Assembly: GCA_002632265.1 (NCBI GenBank)
Contig: NQOV01000005.1
Span: 148,234-212,233 of the forward strand
Source of the DNA: Rhodospirillaceae bacterium MC!
GTDB taxonomy: Bacteria; Pseudomonadota; Alphaproteobacteria; MC1
Length of the DNA: 64,000 bases
Direction: 5' to 3'
Part shown: positions 44,361 to 54,912 of the stretch, piece after piece
Layout of the letters: every line of letters starts with the position of its first letter
Numbering within the stretch: the stretch's first letter is position 1
Position numbers and translations under genes: made by a program
The notes under the pieces: generated by a model
The model's database searches: none
What the model saw: only the letters and a program-made list of their open reading frames with translations
What the model was told of the DNA's origin: nothing

Positions 44361-44912
44361 TTACTTTTTAAATAGCTCTTCTAGGTCTTCTATTTCTTTC
44401 ATAATATTCAATAATTCTTCGCTATTAGCCCCTAAATTCCCACTATTATACTGTGAATTCGTATTTGTATTCATCTGTAATATATTATATTTATTTTGTT
44501 CTGCATGCGTTAAATTTAAGCTATTTTTGTTTGTAAGATTCTCTTGAAGATTCTCATGAAAATCCTCTTTAAGATTCCCATTAATGAGAACATTATTTTG
44601 CATATTATCAATAATGGTTTTATACTTATAATTGGTTCGAGCTTGCTCTTTAAAAGCTTTCAAGCCGATTCGCTTTATATACTTCTGTACGCCTTCGATT
44701 TTTAAGGATTGATCATTAAGACAGTACTGAATATTTAACAGCGTTAATATATCTTCAAAATAAAAAAGACGTCTCCCACTATCTGACTGTTTAAAGTTCA
44801 ATAATGGAAAACGTTTCAACCAATATCTTATTGTAGATAAATTCTCATTGAGCAATAAGGATACTTGTTTGATGTTATAAATTCTGTGTAAATAATCTTG
44901 ATTATTTATCAT
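44361..44912 (-). CDS. MerR-family transcriptional regulator
   Basis: N-terminal helix-turn-helix (YNIKQVSLLLNENLSTIRYW); conserved alphaproteobacterial position after ihfA. Confidence 0.6.
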   Translation of the reverse strand: MINNQDYLHRIYNIKQVSLLLNENLSTIRYWLKRFPLLNFKQSDSGRRLFYFEDILTLLNIQYCLNDQSLKIEGVQKYIKRIGLKAFKEQARTNYKYKTIIDNMQNNVLINGNLKEDFHENLQENLTNKNSLNLTHAEQNKYNILQMNTNTNSQYNSGNLGANSEELLNIMKEIEDLEELFKK

Positions 44913-45198
44913 TTATAATATGTTTTAAAATGGGCGAGGCATTAAAAGAAACAACTTTTCTAGGATTAATAATAGCTTCTTCACCAGTTTTAGGGTTTCT
45001 ACCTATTCTTTGGTTCTTCGAACGCACTAAAAAAGTACCAAATGAAGAAATTTTCACTGTATTTCCCACTTCCAATTCTTGAGAAACTGTTTCTAAAATC
45101 TCATCAACTAATTTAGCTGTGTTCGAACGAGAAAGAGAACCCATTTTAGATAATACCGCATCTGTTAAATCTGCACGTGTTACTGTCTTGCTAGTCAT
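44902..45198 (-). CDS. ihfA: Integration host factor alpha subunit
   Basis: 98 aa; GFGxFxxRxxxxRxGRNPKTGE arm motif; plsX-fabH-ihfA synteny. Confidence 0.85.
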   Translation of the reverse strand: MTSKTVTRADLTDAVLSKMGSLSRSNTAKLVDEILETVSQELEVGNTVKISSFGTFLVRSKNQRIGRNPKTGEEAIINPRKVVSFNASPILKHIINDK

Positions 45199-45321
45199 TA
45201 TAAAATCCTTATGAAATTAATTTGTTATGTTGTTAGTTATATATCTTTAAATAGATATGTTATTGTTGTTATTATATATAATATATATAAAGTTAAAGTG
45301 CTTTTTCACGCTCCTTAAGTC

Positions 45322-46296
45322 TTACCATCGAATTAAGCACGAACCCCAAGTAAAACCACCGCCAAAGGCTTCTAATAAGATAATGTCATTATCTTTTATC
45401 CGATTCTCTTTGTAGGCATAATCTAAGGCGAGGGGAACGGAAGCCGAAGAAGTGTTTGCATGTTTATCCACCGTAATTACGATCTTAGATAGATCTACTT
45501 TAAGTTTTTTTGCCGTAGCGGTTATTATACGCTCATTGGCTTGATGTGGAACAATTAAAGATAAGTCATCAGAAGTCATATTATTGAATTCTAGAGCCTC
45601 TTTTGCCACATTTCCCAATTGCTTAACCGCATGTTTGAAGACTTCCGGACCTTTCATGGATACATGCCCTATAGTAGCGTTTAAAGACGCTCCGCCAGTT
45701 GTACATAAAAGATCCTTATAAGCACCATCAGAATACAAATGAGTTGATAAAACTCCTTGGGGATTCTTATTCTCATCTTGCTCGCTTGCTTGAAGAATGA
45801 TAGCTCCTGCTCCATCGCCAAACAGAACACAGGTTGAACGATCTGTCCAATCTAGTATTTTACTAAAGGTTTCAGAACCTATAACTAAAATATTCTTACT
45901 CATACCGCTTTTGATTTGTGCATTAGCTATGGAAATAGCATACAAAAAACCCGAGCATACAGCTTGAATATCATAGGCAAAAGCGTTATTTGCCTTAATA
46001 TTTTCTTGAACCATAGTAGCTACAGAAGGGAAAGTTAAATCTGGCGTTGTGGTTGCGACAATAATACAATCGAGTTCTTCGGCTGATATGTTCGCACTTT
46101 CTAAGGCTTTCAAAGAAGCTTGAGTTGCTAGAGTTGATGTGCTTTCGTTTTCATCTGCGATGTGGCGTTGTTTGATTCCTGATCTGCTTGTGATCCATTC
46201 ATCGGATGTGTTTAAAGTATTGGCTAAATCATTATTAGTCAAAATTTTACTGGGCAAGTACGAACCGACCCCTGTTATTTTTGCAAATAAACTCAT
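45322..46296 (-). CDS. fabH: 3-oxoacyl-ACP synthase III
   Basis: Active-site region AFAYDIQAVCSGF and C-terminal GGGFTWGS. Confidence 0.95.
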   Translation of the reverse strand: MSLFAKITGVGSYLPSKILTNNDLANTLNTSDEWITSRSGIKQRHIADENESTSTLATQASLKALESANISAEELDCIIVATTTPDLTFPSVATMVQENIKANNAFAYDIQAVCSGFLYAISIANAQIKSGMSKNILVIGSETFSKILDWTDRSTCVLFGDGAGAIILQASEQDENKNPQGVLSTHLYSDGAYKDLLCTTGGASLNATIGHVSMKGPEVFKHAVKQLGNVAKEALEFNNMTSDDLSLIVPHQANERIITATAKKLKVDLSKIVITVDKHANTSSASVPLALDYAYKENRIKDNDIILLEAFGGGFTWGSCLIRW

Positions 46297-46441
46297 TTAA
46301 AACCTCCCACTTCTATAACATTCCAATAGAACAAAAATCCAGATAATACCAATCTTGATATCTATATCTTACAACATAATAATACAAATATCAACAACAT
46401 ATATTACTAAATATTACATATTATAGTATAAATATACATAT

Positions 46442-47455
46442 TTAAGATTTAAAATCTTGCAAATCATTGGAAATCTTCTCATTGATATTGGCGTCTACTA
46501 ATCTCTTAGATACCATAATAGCATGTTTGAAACCCACTTCATCCGTACCGCCATGGCTCTTAACTGTAACACCGTTTAAGCCTAAAAGCATACCACCGTT
46601 GTAGTTTCTTGGATCAAGATCCGATTTCATTTTCATTAATGCCGAGCGAGCAAGCAAGCCCCCCAACAAGGCACGAATGGATTTTTTAAAGGTACTAGCA
46701 AAACGCTTAGATATGAATTTTGCCGTACCTTCTAAAACCTTTAAAGCGATATTACCAGAGAATCCGTCAGTTACCACCACATCCACAGTACCTAAAGGGA
46801 TATCATTCCCCTCTACGAATCCGTGGAAATTATCTGCTAACTTAGATTCTTTTAGTTTAGTATATGCCAATCTCACCGTATCATTACCCTTGGCAACTTC
46901 TTCGCCAATATTTAAAATTCCTATTGTTGGATTCTCTTTACCTAAGGCATATTTAGCAAACAAACTGCCCATTATGGCAAACTGTACTAAATTCTTAGCC
47001 GAACATTCTGCATTCGCTCCAAGATCTAGAACAACCGAGGTATCTCTTTCTGTTGGGATAGATGTACAGATAGCAGGTCTATCAACACCTGGTAATTGCC
47101 TTAACAACACTGTAGATATGGCCATTAAAGCACCAGTATTCCCACCAGAAACAACAACTTGGGATCTTTTTTCTTTTACGGATTGTATAGCTAAAGCCAT
47201 ACTTGACTTACGCTTTTTACGTAAAGCTACGGCTGGTTTATCATCTGCTGTAACACGCTCATCAGTGTGAAAGATTTCAACTTTATCTTTAAGATTCGGA
47301 TACTTACTCACTTCTTGCGATATTAAAGCCTGATCTCCAAATAGTAAAAATTCTAAATCCTTATCAGATTTAAGAGCCAAACTTGCACCCGCTACCGTTA
47401 CGATAGGACCGTAATCGCCACCCATACAATCAATTGATATTACAGTTTTCGACAT
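46442..47455 (-). CDS. plsX: Phosphate acyltransferase PlsX
   Basis: 337 aa; ISIDCMGGD N-terminus. Confidence 0.95.
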   Translation of the reverse strand: MSKTVISIDCMGGDYGPIVTVAGASLALKSDKDLEFLLFGDQALISQEVSKYPNLKDKVEIFHTDERVTADDKPAVALRKKRKSSMALAIQSVKEKRSQVVVSGGNTGALMAISTVLLRQLPGVDRPAICTSIPTERDTSVVLDLGANAECSAKNLVQFAIMGSLFAKYALGKENPTIGILNIGEEVAKGNDTVRLAYTKLKESKLADNFHGFVEGNDIPLGTVDVVVTDGFSGNIALKVLEGTAKFISKRFASTFKKSIRALLGGLLARSALMKMKSDLDPRNYNGGMLLGLNGVTVKSHGGTDEVGFKHAIMVSKRLVDANINEKISNDLQDFKS

Positions 47456-47516
47456 TTCTCACTAACTTCAAATAAACTTACTTCACACAATAATCACGAG
47501 ATTTAAGATATAAATC

Positions 47517-47684
47517 TTACACTCTGTTTCTTTTTCTTGTTGGATCTTCACTTGGAGTTATGTGATGAGGCAATTTTAATTCGCCTGTTTTAGGACATTC
47601 TTGCCCGCTTACCCCTTTAAGAGCGTCATGTGCACGACGCATGTTGCGACGAGACTTACTTATTTTCTTTTTAGGAACTGCCAT
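47517..47684 (-). CDS. rpmF: 50S ribosomal protein L32, 55 aa. It is not in the ORF track.
   Basis: Hand translation [55 protein letters not shown]; position upstream of plsX. Confidence 0.85.
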   Translation of the reverse strand: MAVPKKKISKSRRNMRRAHDALKGVSGQECPKTGELKLPHHITPSEDPTRKRNRV

Positions 47685-47828
47685 TGATTTTTCCTCTGCT
47701 TAATCATTAGTTATGTTAATTTGTTCTTAATTCACAATTATTTAAAAAATATAATAACTGTAAAATCATAGCTTGATTAAAACAAAAAAAGTATTTTATT
47801 GCAAGTCTTTTTTAAAAAAAATAACTTT

Positions 47829-48359
47829 TTATTTGTTTTTCAAGTCCTTAAGAACGGCAAAAGGATTTTTTGTTGTATCTTCGGGTATCTCATCGCCATA
47901 GGTAAACACTTCAAATTTTTGATCTTCTTGAGTTTTAGGAAAGCCATTTAGGGCTAAACTTAACTCTTGGACTACAATTTCCCCCACTTCACAACTTCCG
48001 TCTTCTTCCATGGATTCTATTTCGAGATTGTTATCCATATTCATAAGAGATTCGTTATTTCTAAGATCATCATAACTAAAGATCACACTAAAGTTAGTTT
48101 CCACATCTTCGCTCACTTCCGATAAACTAATGATACTTTCTTGGATGACTTTTGATTTTATGATCCCACTTATGAGTAAATGATCTTTTTTATATATTTT
48201 TGCGGTGATATCTGCACATAAAGATTCCACTTTAAGGATATTTAAACGTCGAGTAATGGCGGTTAATTCTGTATCATTTGCATTATATGTATAGGTGTTT
48301 TCATTTTGTTTATGCACTTTATTTATATTAATAATTCTTGAGAATTCTAGATCTATCAT
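47829..48359 (-). CDS. yceD: YceD/DUF177-family protein (large-subunit ribosomal RNA accumulation)
   Basis: Acidic 176-aa protein in the conserved yceD-rpmF-plsX context. Confidence 0.55.
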   Translation of the reverse strand: MIDLEFSRIININKVHKQNENTYTYNANDTELTAITRRLNILKVESLCADITAKIYKKDHLLISGIIKSKVIQESIISLSEVSEDVETNFSVIFSYDDLRNNESLMNMDNNLEIESMEEDGSCEVGEIVVQELSLALNGFPKTQEDQKFEVFTYGDEIPEDTTKNPFAVLKDLKNK

Positions 48360-48451
48360 TTGAGTTACTTCCTAAAATAGAATAAGGGGTTGTTTAATTG
48401 CATATTCTATGATACACTAGCATAAATGAATTTATAGTTAAGGCGATAAAA

Positions 48452-48904
48452 TTGAAAGTGATCCACATGAACAAGCTATATAGAACAATATCTTTTATGT
48501 TTTTATTCTCATTATTCATACTTGCTAGTTGCTCATCTTATCAAACACGAGGCACGGTAGTAAGTGCGAATAGTTTACAAAGAATAGTTATTGGTCAAAC
48601 CACTCGAGATGACATCATTAATATCTTAGGTCATCCTTCGACCACTAGCGTATTTGATAACGGCAAATCGCTCATATACATCAGCGAAGGAGTTAAGGAC
48701 ACTCCCCTTAGATTGCCTGTAGTTAAGAATCGTTCTGTTTTTATTTTTGCGTTCAACTCAAACGATATCCTAAAGACAATGACCACAAAAGATCTAACAG
48801 ACGGCAAAAAGATTTCCTTTGCTTCTCAAACCACTCCACCAGTGGGATCACGAGTTTCTTTATGGCAACAGATCCTTGGAAACTTTGGACGTTTCGGCTC
48901 TTAA
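48452..48904 (+). CDS. bamE: Outer-membrane protein assembly factor BamE-like lipoprotein
   Basis: Lipobox LASCSS; QRIVIGQTTRDDIINILGHP SmpA/OmlA-like motif. Confidence 0.6.
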   Translation: MKVIHMNKLYRTISFMFLFSLFILASCSSYQTRGTVVSANSLQRIVIGQTTRDDIINILGHPSTTSVFDNGKSLIYISEGVKDTPLRLPVVKNRSVFIFAFNSNDILKTMTTKDLTDGKKISFASQTTPPVGSRVSLWQQILGNFGRFGS

Positions 48905-49024
48905 AAGACTAGATTCGTAAAGTTTCAGTTCTTAAATAAGCACTCACGAAAATAAGCACACAAGAAAATAAGCACGCAAGAAAAACCATATACAAGCATA
49001 TACAAAGTTAAGGAGGTATACAAA

Positions 49025-49621
49025 ATGGCATTTGCAGTCAAGAACATTTTTGATGTAACCAATTGGTATCTAAAGAAAGCTATGATTGATCAAATAAATT
49101 TACAGCCTGCCAAATTATATAGAATCCTTTTTCTTTCAAGTATTTATTATAGTGTTGTCTTTAGTGGTAAAAAACTAATGCCTGCCACATTCGTTATTGA
49201 TGAAGATCACGGTCCCATAGAGCCTAATCTCTATGCTATCATGCCCAATGAGAGCGAGTATAATATTCAATACAGTAATAGAATCGACGAACAGACAGAA
49301 TCTTTTCTTGAAAGCATATGGCTAAAATTTAGTAGAATGCCCATTAACAGACTATCGGAAATCTGCGAGCTACAAAATTATGTATGGAACGAAACCCTAG
49401 AAGAACAAGGCAATGGTGCCGAGTTAAACCTTGAAGAATGTATTCAACTCTTTTCCGACGCTAAACGAAAAAGACCAAAATCCAAATACGAACAAATCCA
49501 AAGTTTTAGAGACGGCAAAGCCGAAATCCCACCAGTGGAAGACGTTATCACTCCACGCAACGCCAAAACTGTCGACGGCAAGATCGTTAGTCTACAACCT
49601 TGGATGCCTGGTCGCAAATAA
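49025..49621 (+). CDS. Panacea-domain (DUF4065/SocA/GepA-like) protein
   Basis: LQPAKLYRILFLSSIYYSVVFSGKKLMPATFVIDEDHGPIEPNLY matches the Panacea pattern (KLxKLLYxA..G.PL...F.AW..GPV.P). Confidence 0.45.
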   Translation: MAFAVKNIFDVTNWYLKKAMIDQINLQPAKLYRILFLSSIYYSVVFSGKKLMPATFVIDEDHGPIEPNLYAIMPNESEYNIQYSNRIDEQTESFLESIWLKFSRMPINRLSEICELQNYVWNETLEEQGNGAELNLEECIQLFSDAKRKRPKSKYEQIQSFRDGKAEIPPVEDVITPRNAKTVDGKIVSLQPWMPGRK

Positions 49622-49740
49622 GGGGCATGCTATTGTTGTTATAGTTATTACTTGATTTATAGTTGTGTTTATATTATATTTACATTACATATTACATATT
49701 ACATGATAAATAACTTAACTTTTAAGAGAGTATAAATATA

Positions 49741-50685
49741 ATGAGCGAAATACATGATGTTATCATTTTAGGATCAGGCCCAGCAGGTTGTACCGCAAGC
49801 ATATACACCGCACGAGCAGGTTTAAACACCCTAATGCTAAAAGGGCCAGAACCTGGGGGACAGTTGACCATTACCACCGATGTGGAAAATTACCCAGGAT
49901 TCGCCGATCCCATTCAAGGACCGGATCTAATGGATGCGATGATGAAACAAGCGGAAAACTGTGGAGCTAAAGTCAAAGAAACTTGGATTACAGATGTGGA
50001 TTTCAGCAATCGTCCTTTCACTCTAACCGCCGAAGATAGTACGATCTATCAAGCTAAATCCGTAATCATTTCCACAGGTGCATCGGCTAGGTGGCTAGGT
50101 TTGGAGAGTGAAGAAAAATACCGTGGATTCGGAGTTTCAGCCTGTGCCACTTGCGATGGATTCTTTTACAAAAATAAAGAAGTGATAGTAGTTGGCGGTG
50201 GGAATACTGCGGTTGAAGAAGCTTTATACCTTTCGAACATCGCCAGTAAGGTCTATCTTGTTCATAGACGTGATGAACTACGATCAGAAAAGATCCTACA
50301 AAAAAGATTACTTGCCAATCCAAAAATCCAACCTGTATGGGATTCGCAAGTTAAAGAGATCATCGGCGAAGCGGGGATCTTAGGTTCAACGGTAACAGGG
50401 GCTATCATTGAGAATGTGAAAACAGGAGAAGAAACAACAATCAACGTTCCTGCAGTTTTCATTGCCATAGGTCATACGCCGAACACTCAACTATTTAAAA
50501 ACATCCTAGATATGGATCAAAGCAACTTTTTAATCACAAAAAATAATAGCACTGCTACCAATATCAAGGGTATATTTGCCTGTGGCGATGTCCAAGATCC
50601 CATATATCAACAAGCGGTTACCGCTGCAGGTAGTGGCTGTATGTCAGCCTTAGAAGTGGAAAAGTTTTTAGCCGAAGAAGATTAA
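49741..50685 (+). CDS. trxB: Thioredoxin reductase
   Basis: GSGPAG FAD motif; CATC redox-active disulfide; GGGNTA NADPH motif. Confidence 0.93.
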   Translation: MSEIHDVIILGSGPAGCTASIYTARAGLNTLMLKGPEPGGQLTITTDVENYPGFADPIQGPDLMDAMMKQAENCGAKVKETWITDVDFSNRPFTLTAEDSTIYQAKSVIISTGASARWLGLESEEKYRGFGVSACATCDGFFYKNKEVIVVGGGNTAVEEALYLSNIASKVYLVHRRDELRSEKILQKRLLANPKIQPVWDSQVKEIIGEAGILGSTVTGAIIENVKTGEETTINVPAVFIAIGHTPNTQLFKNILDMDQSNFLITKNNSTATNIKGIFACGDVQDPIYQQAVTAAGSGCMSALEVEKFLAEED

Positions 50686-50689
50686 TTCC

Positions 50690-51388
50690 ATGAAGAATAA
50701 AAGTATACTAATCATATTAGCACATCCGACATTTCAAAGATCATTCATTCATAAGAAATGTATGCACATTGCCCATGAGTATGCCGATAATACCATTGTC
50801 GATCTCTATGAAGATTACCCAACTTTCATCATAGACGCTAAGGAACAACAAAACTTACTTTTACAACATGATATTATAATTTTTCATTATCCATGGCGTT
50901 GGTTTTCGCCCCCTGCCCTTTTACAAGAATGGAAAGAAACGGTTTTAACCAACGAATTCATTATTGAACACGATTCGCTAAAAGATAAAATTTTCTCATC
51001 GGTCATCAGCGTTGAAGATGAGCAGGAAGATTATACGGAAAATGGCATGTATCACATGAACATTAACGCCTTACTTTCGCCTCAAAGTAAAATGGCGGAA
51101 ATTTGCCAAATGGTTTACATTCCGCCTTTAATTGTCTACGGTCATCGCAAGTTACTAAATGCCGAAACAAAATCCCAAGCCATAGAGGCCCTAAAGCCCT
51201 ACTTTGATATTTACAAAACCTTTTTACATTCCCTAAAAAATGATAACATAAACATCCCAGCCTTACAAAAATCTTCCACCATTAACGATGTCCTATTCGA
51301 TAATCTCAAGATAACCCTAAAAAAGGAAATCAGCATAGAAAAACTTACCCAAGTTACCAATGATGATCTTCCCTTAAATATCCAGTAA
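50690..51388 (+). CDS. kefG: KefF/KefG-type flavodoxin-like NAD(P)H oxidoreductase, the ancillary subunit of the glutathione-regulated K+ efflux system
   Basis: ILAHPTFQRS ... FHYPWRWFSPPALLQEW motifs; directly upstream of kefC. Confidence 0.75.
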   Translation: MKNKSILIILAHPTFQRSFIHKKCMHIAHEYADNTIVDLYEDYPTFIIDAKEQQNLLLQHDIIIFHYPWRWFSPPALLQEWKETVLTNEFIIEHDSLKDKIFSSVISVEDEQEDYTENGMYHMNINALLSPQSKMAEICQMVYIPPLIVYGHRKLLNAETKSQAIEALKPYFDIYKTFLHSLKNDNINIPALQKSSTINDVLFDNLKITLKKEISIEKLTQVTNDDLPLNIQ

Positions 51389-51402
51389 AAGGGTCTTAAA
51401 AA

Positions 51403-53337
51403 ATGAATCTTTACCAATTTCTAATATTAGCATTAATATATTTATTCGCCATAGTAATTTCTGGAATAATATGCAAACGCTTACGCATAAGCCCAGTACT
51501 TGGATACATTATCGCAGGTGTTATCATCGGTCCTTCATTCTTAAACATCACAAACGACGCCGAAGCGGTCATGAACTTTTCCGAATTCGGCGTAATTGTT
51601 ATGCTCTTCTTGATAGGCTTAGAGCTTAACCCTGCATCCTTATGGCAAATGCGAACTAATATTTTAGGATTAGGTACATTACAATTCATCAGCACAATGG
51701 CAGTATTTAGCTTAATATTTTACTTTGGTTTGCATTCTTCCCTATTATCAGCGATAATTCTTGGAGCGATATTTAGTAAATCATCCATGGCCTTAGTAAT
51801 GCAGATCCTAAACGAAAGCAAAACAGCAAAAACAAAAAAAGGTAATGCGGCCTTTTGCATATTGATATTCCAAGATGTTGCAGTCATTCCCCTATTCATC
51901 ATCATTCCGATTATCGGCATGAAGTTACTACCTGCAGGATCGCAAATTCATGTGGAAAACACTAGTTTAATCAGTCATTTAAACGGTTGGATACAAACAA
52001 TCATCATGATAAGTGCGATTGTTGGCATTCCGCCCTTTGTTAAATATTGCGTTAAGCCATTATTTAAACGAATCTCACGTATTAACAATAGAGAAATTTT
52101 AAGTGCTTTTATATTTCTGTTGGTAATCGGCACTACCTTAATCATGGATTCCATAGGATTATCGCCAGCTCTCGGAGCTTTCATTGCTGGGATTGTGCTA
52201 TCTGATAGCGAATACAAGCATGAAGTAGAAGTTACTTTAGCCCCAATTAAAGGGATCTTAATGGGAATCTTCTTCATATCTGTAGGGGGAATCATAAATT
52301 TTGCTATTATCAAAGGTTATCCTAAAACAATTATTCTAGATACTTTAATATTATTATGCGTCAAAACCCTAATCACATCATTCATAGCGAAGTTCAACAC
52401 ATTTAACAGATTAAGCAAGGGCGAATCAATCAAGTTAGGATTTTTATTGTCGCAAACAGGGGAATTTGCCTTTGTCTTGTTGGCACTCTGCAACACCTTT
52501 CAGATACTTCCCAAACTTACCTATGAAACCTATACGATTGTTGTTATTCTTTCCATGATCACAACGCCGATATTTATGATGATAATCAATAAACTTTCCC
52601 AAATAAATAGCAAAAAAGCCCCACGCCCCACAGATAACATTCAAAGCGATGACGATGTGGAAGTCATCATCGCAGGTTACGGACGTATGGGGCAGATTAT
52701 CGGTAGAATTCTAACTGCTAATGATGTGAAAATGTCAATTTTAGATCTTAATAGCGATAATATTGACACATTACAAGCTCTTGGACGCAAAGTATATTAT
52801 GGCGACGCAGGACGAATCGATCTTCTCCAATCCGCAGGGGCCGACGTGGCAAAAGTCATGATTATAGCCGTTGATAATTCGGAACATTCCCTTGAAATAG
52901 TATCATTAGTAAGGGAACGCTTTCCCCATTTAAAGATAGTAGCCAGAGCCTACAGCCGTCAACATCTCCTTGATTTACGCCAAATGGGTCTTGAATTCCA
53001 CGAAATCGAACGAGAAACCATGGCCGCCGCCTTAAACATGGCAGGACAAACCTTAAAAAATCTCGGCGTCAGATCTCGCACCGTCGAACTACAAAAGGAT
53101 TCTTTTATCAAATACGATCATAAAAACATCGATCATTTCTTAAAAATATGGCAAGAAGAAGTAAAAGATCCCCATATCCTATTCATCAATAACCATGTGG
53201 ACAATATCCTAAAAGAGATCCTAAATTCCGACAAAATGAAAGAAATATTTAAAGAAAACCACTTCACCGTAAACGATCTAGTAGACAAAAACCTCACAGA
53301 ACCAGCCTACGATTTCTACAAGAAAAAAAATCCTTAG
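51403..53337 (+). CDS. kefC: Glutathione-regulated potassium-efflux system protein KefB/KefC (CPA2 antiporter domain plus TrkA-N/KTN domain)
   Basis: 12-13 transmembrane helices followed by a Rossmann motif IIAGYGRMG. Confidence 0.85.
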   Translation: MNLYQFLILALIYLFAIVISGIICKRLRISPVLGYIIAGVIIGPSFLNITNDAEAVMNFSEFGVIVMLFLIGLELNPASLWQMRTNILGLGTLQFISTMAVFSLIFYFGLHSSLLSAIILGAIFSKSSMALVMQILNESKTAKTKKGNAAFCILIFQDVAVIPLFIIIPIIGMKLLPAGSQIHVENTSLISHLNGWIQTIIMISAIVGIPPFVKYCVKPLFKRISRINNREILSAFIFLLVIGTTLIMDSIGLSPALGAFIAGIVLSDSEYKHEVEVTLAPIKGILMGIFFISVGGIINFAIIKGYPKTIILDTLILLCVKTLITSFIAKFNTFNRLSKGESIKLGFLLSQTGEFAFVLLALCNTFQILPKLTYETYTIVVILSMITTPIFMMIINKLSQINSKKAPRPTDNIQSDDDVEVIIAGYGRMGQIIGRILTANDVKMSILDLNSDNIDTLQALGRKVYYGDAGRIDLLQSAGADVAKVMIIAVDNSEHSLEIVSLVRERFPHLKIVARAYSRQHLLDLRQMGLEFHEIERETMAAALNMAGQTLKNLGVRSRTVELQKDSFIKYDHKNIDHFLKIWQEEVKDPHILFINNHVDNILKEILNSDKMKEIFKENHFTVNDLVDKNLTEPAYDFYKKKNP

Positions 53338-53368
53338 GATTTGATTTGGTTTAATTCGGTTTGATTTT

Positions 53369-53821
53369 TCACGCTTTTGGATTTTTAAAAACCCAGTATT
53401 TCATTAATGGATAAGACAATACGGGCGAAGATCCTGCCGCTATAAAGGATGTAATAGGATGATTCAAACCTAATAAATTTATGCAGACGTAAGTAAGTAA
53501 TTGCATGGCAATAAAAACAATCACATTACGAATGAAATCTTTTACTATGACAATTTTACTTCTTTTAGTATCTGTTTTAAAGGTAATACGAGAATTAAAA
53601 ATAAAACTCACCGCCCAAGCAAACAAAAACGCCAACAAAACAGATATTATACTTAATATATTGTTAGATTCATCTATTTTTAGCATATGAATCCCACATA
53701 TAACACTTAAATTATACACAATCATATATGTTAACGCCGAAAACCCACCAATTATTAAATAGGAAAGTATATGATTGGGTATGGGAATTCTATTAAGTAT
53801 TTTGTTAAAGATAGTTATCAT
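53369..53821 (-). CDS. GtrA-family membrane protein (polysaccharide/O-antigen modification flippase-like)
   Basis: 150 aa; 4 transmembrane helices; NxxxTF / KYWVF C-terminal motif of the GtrA family. Confidence 0.55.
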   Translation of the reverse strand: MITIFNKILNRIPIPNHILSYLIIGGFSALTYMIVYNLSVICGIHMLKIDESNNILSIISVLLAFLFAWAVSFIFNSRITFKTDTKRSKIVIVKDFIRNVIVFIAMQLLTYVCINLLGLNHPITSFIAAGSSPVLSYPLMKYWVFKNPKA

Positions 53822-53931
53822 GTTGTATTTCTTGTATTAAGGTAAGATCAATAAATAAAATATATGTTAACATTAATATAATTAACAATTTGCTAACACA
53901 CTTTAAGCTCCCCCAATCCCCTATCCTCTAA

Positions 53932-54180
53932 GCCCCCCCCTAGCTGTTATCTGTTATCTGTTATCTGTTATCTGTTATCTGTTATCTGTTATCTGTTATC
54001 TGCTATCTGCTATCTTCTATCTTCTATCTGCTATCTGCTATCTGCTATCCGTTATCTGTTATCTGTTATCTGTTATCTGTTATCTGTTATCTGTTATCTG
54101 TTATCTGTTATCTGTTATCTTGTATCCGTTATCCGTTATCCGTTATCTGTTATCTGCTATCTGTTATCTGCTATCGTTAT
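53932..54180. repeat. C9 homopolymer (53932-53940) followed by about 35 tandem copies of the heptamer CTGTTAT with CTGCTAT/CTTCTAT/CCGTTAT variants. It starts about 110 bp upstream of the gtrA-like start codon.
   Basis: Direct reading. Confidence 0.9.
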
Positions 54181-54204
54181 TCCATATCACATCTTCCCCA
54201 ATAA

Positions 54205-54470
54205 ATAACAATAGTAATTATATATCATTTCTATTGCTCTCACTTGCAGGCCCAAACTAGGTATAATATAAGTATATATAATGCTATTTTAGATATATTA
54301 TAACAACTCAACCATATATATAAAAATAACCATACTGTTAAAGCATGCTTAAAGTAGCAATAGGTATATTTATTATATATTTGCTTTAGGCCAGCAAATA
54401 TAATAACAAACACAATATAAAACAACCAGTTTTATTTGTAATGTGATGTAATGTAGTAATATGATGTTCT
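54205..54470. repeat. Copy 2 of dispersed repeat family C
   Basis: Aligns block by block with 15905-16160 (CAGGCCCAAACTAGGTATAATATA ... CTTTAGGCCAGCAAATATAATAACA ... ATATAAAACA ... TTTTATTTGTAATGT). Confidence 0.7.
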
Positions 54471-54670
54471 GTTATAATGGGAAATGACAATATTATTATT
54501 CCAAGTTATATGTATTCAACTTCATAAAATCACTATATAAACTTTATTATTATATTTCGTAGGATGTGAATCTACTTTGATGTAAATTACAATAAATATT
54601 TTTTGTCGCATTATAACTTGGAACAACAATATTTTCTCTCCCTACACAAAAATGCTCATTATATATCATT

Positions 54671-54703
54671 TTTATTCTTTCTGGCCTAAATATTAGGCCA
54701 GAA
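54671..54703. repeat. Perfect palindrome TTCTTTCTGGCCTAAATATTAGGCCAGAAAGAA (13-bp arms). It reuses the GGCCTAA motif of family C.
   Basis: Direct reading. Confidence 0.8.
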
Positions 54704-54912
54704 AGAATAAAACACATCATTTATAAGAAAATAGCAATAATAAATTCCAGATAATAACTTCCAGATACAAAATAATAGATTATAAATACAACTAGTAAAT
54801 GCAACTAGTAAATACAAATGGTCAGATATAAAATTATTTATATCTGACCACAAGATAGTTAAATCATTAGCTACAGTATGAGCAAGCTTTAGTTTAACAT
54901 CAGTATATTAAG

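Noticed and set aside
44902-45198. Calling the 98-aa DNA-binding protein HU
   Set aside because: The arm motif, length and conserved plsX-fabH-ihfA-merR context fit IHF alpha better than HU.
53505-53690. 61-aa plus-strand ORF
   Set aside because: Antisense inside the gtrA-like gene.
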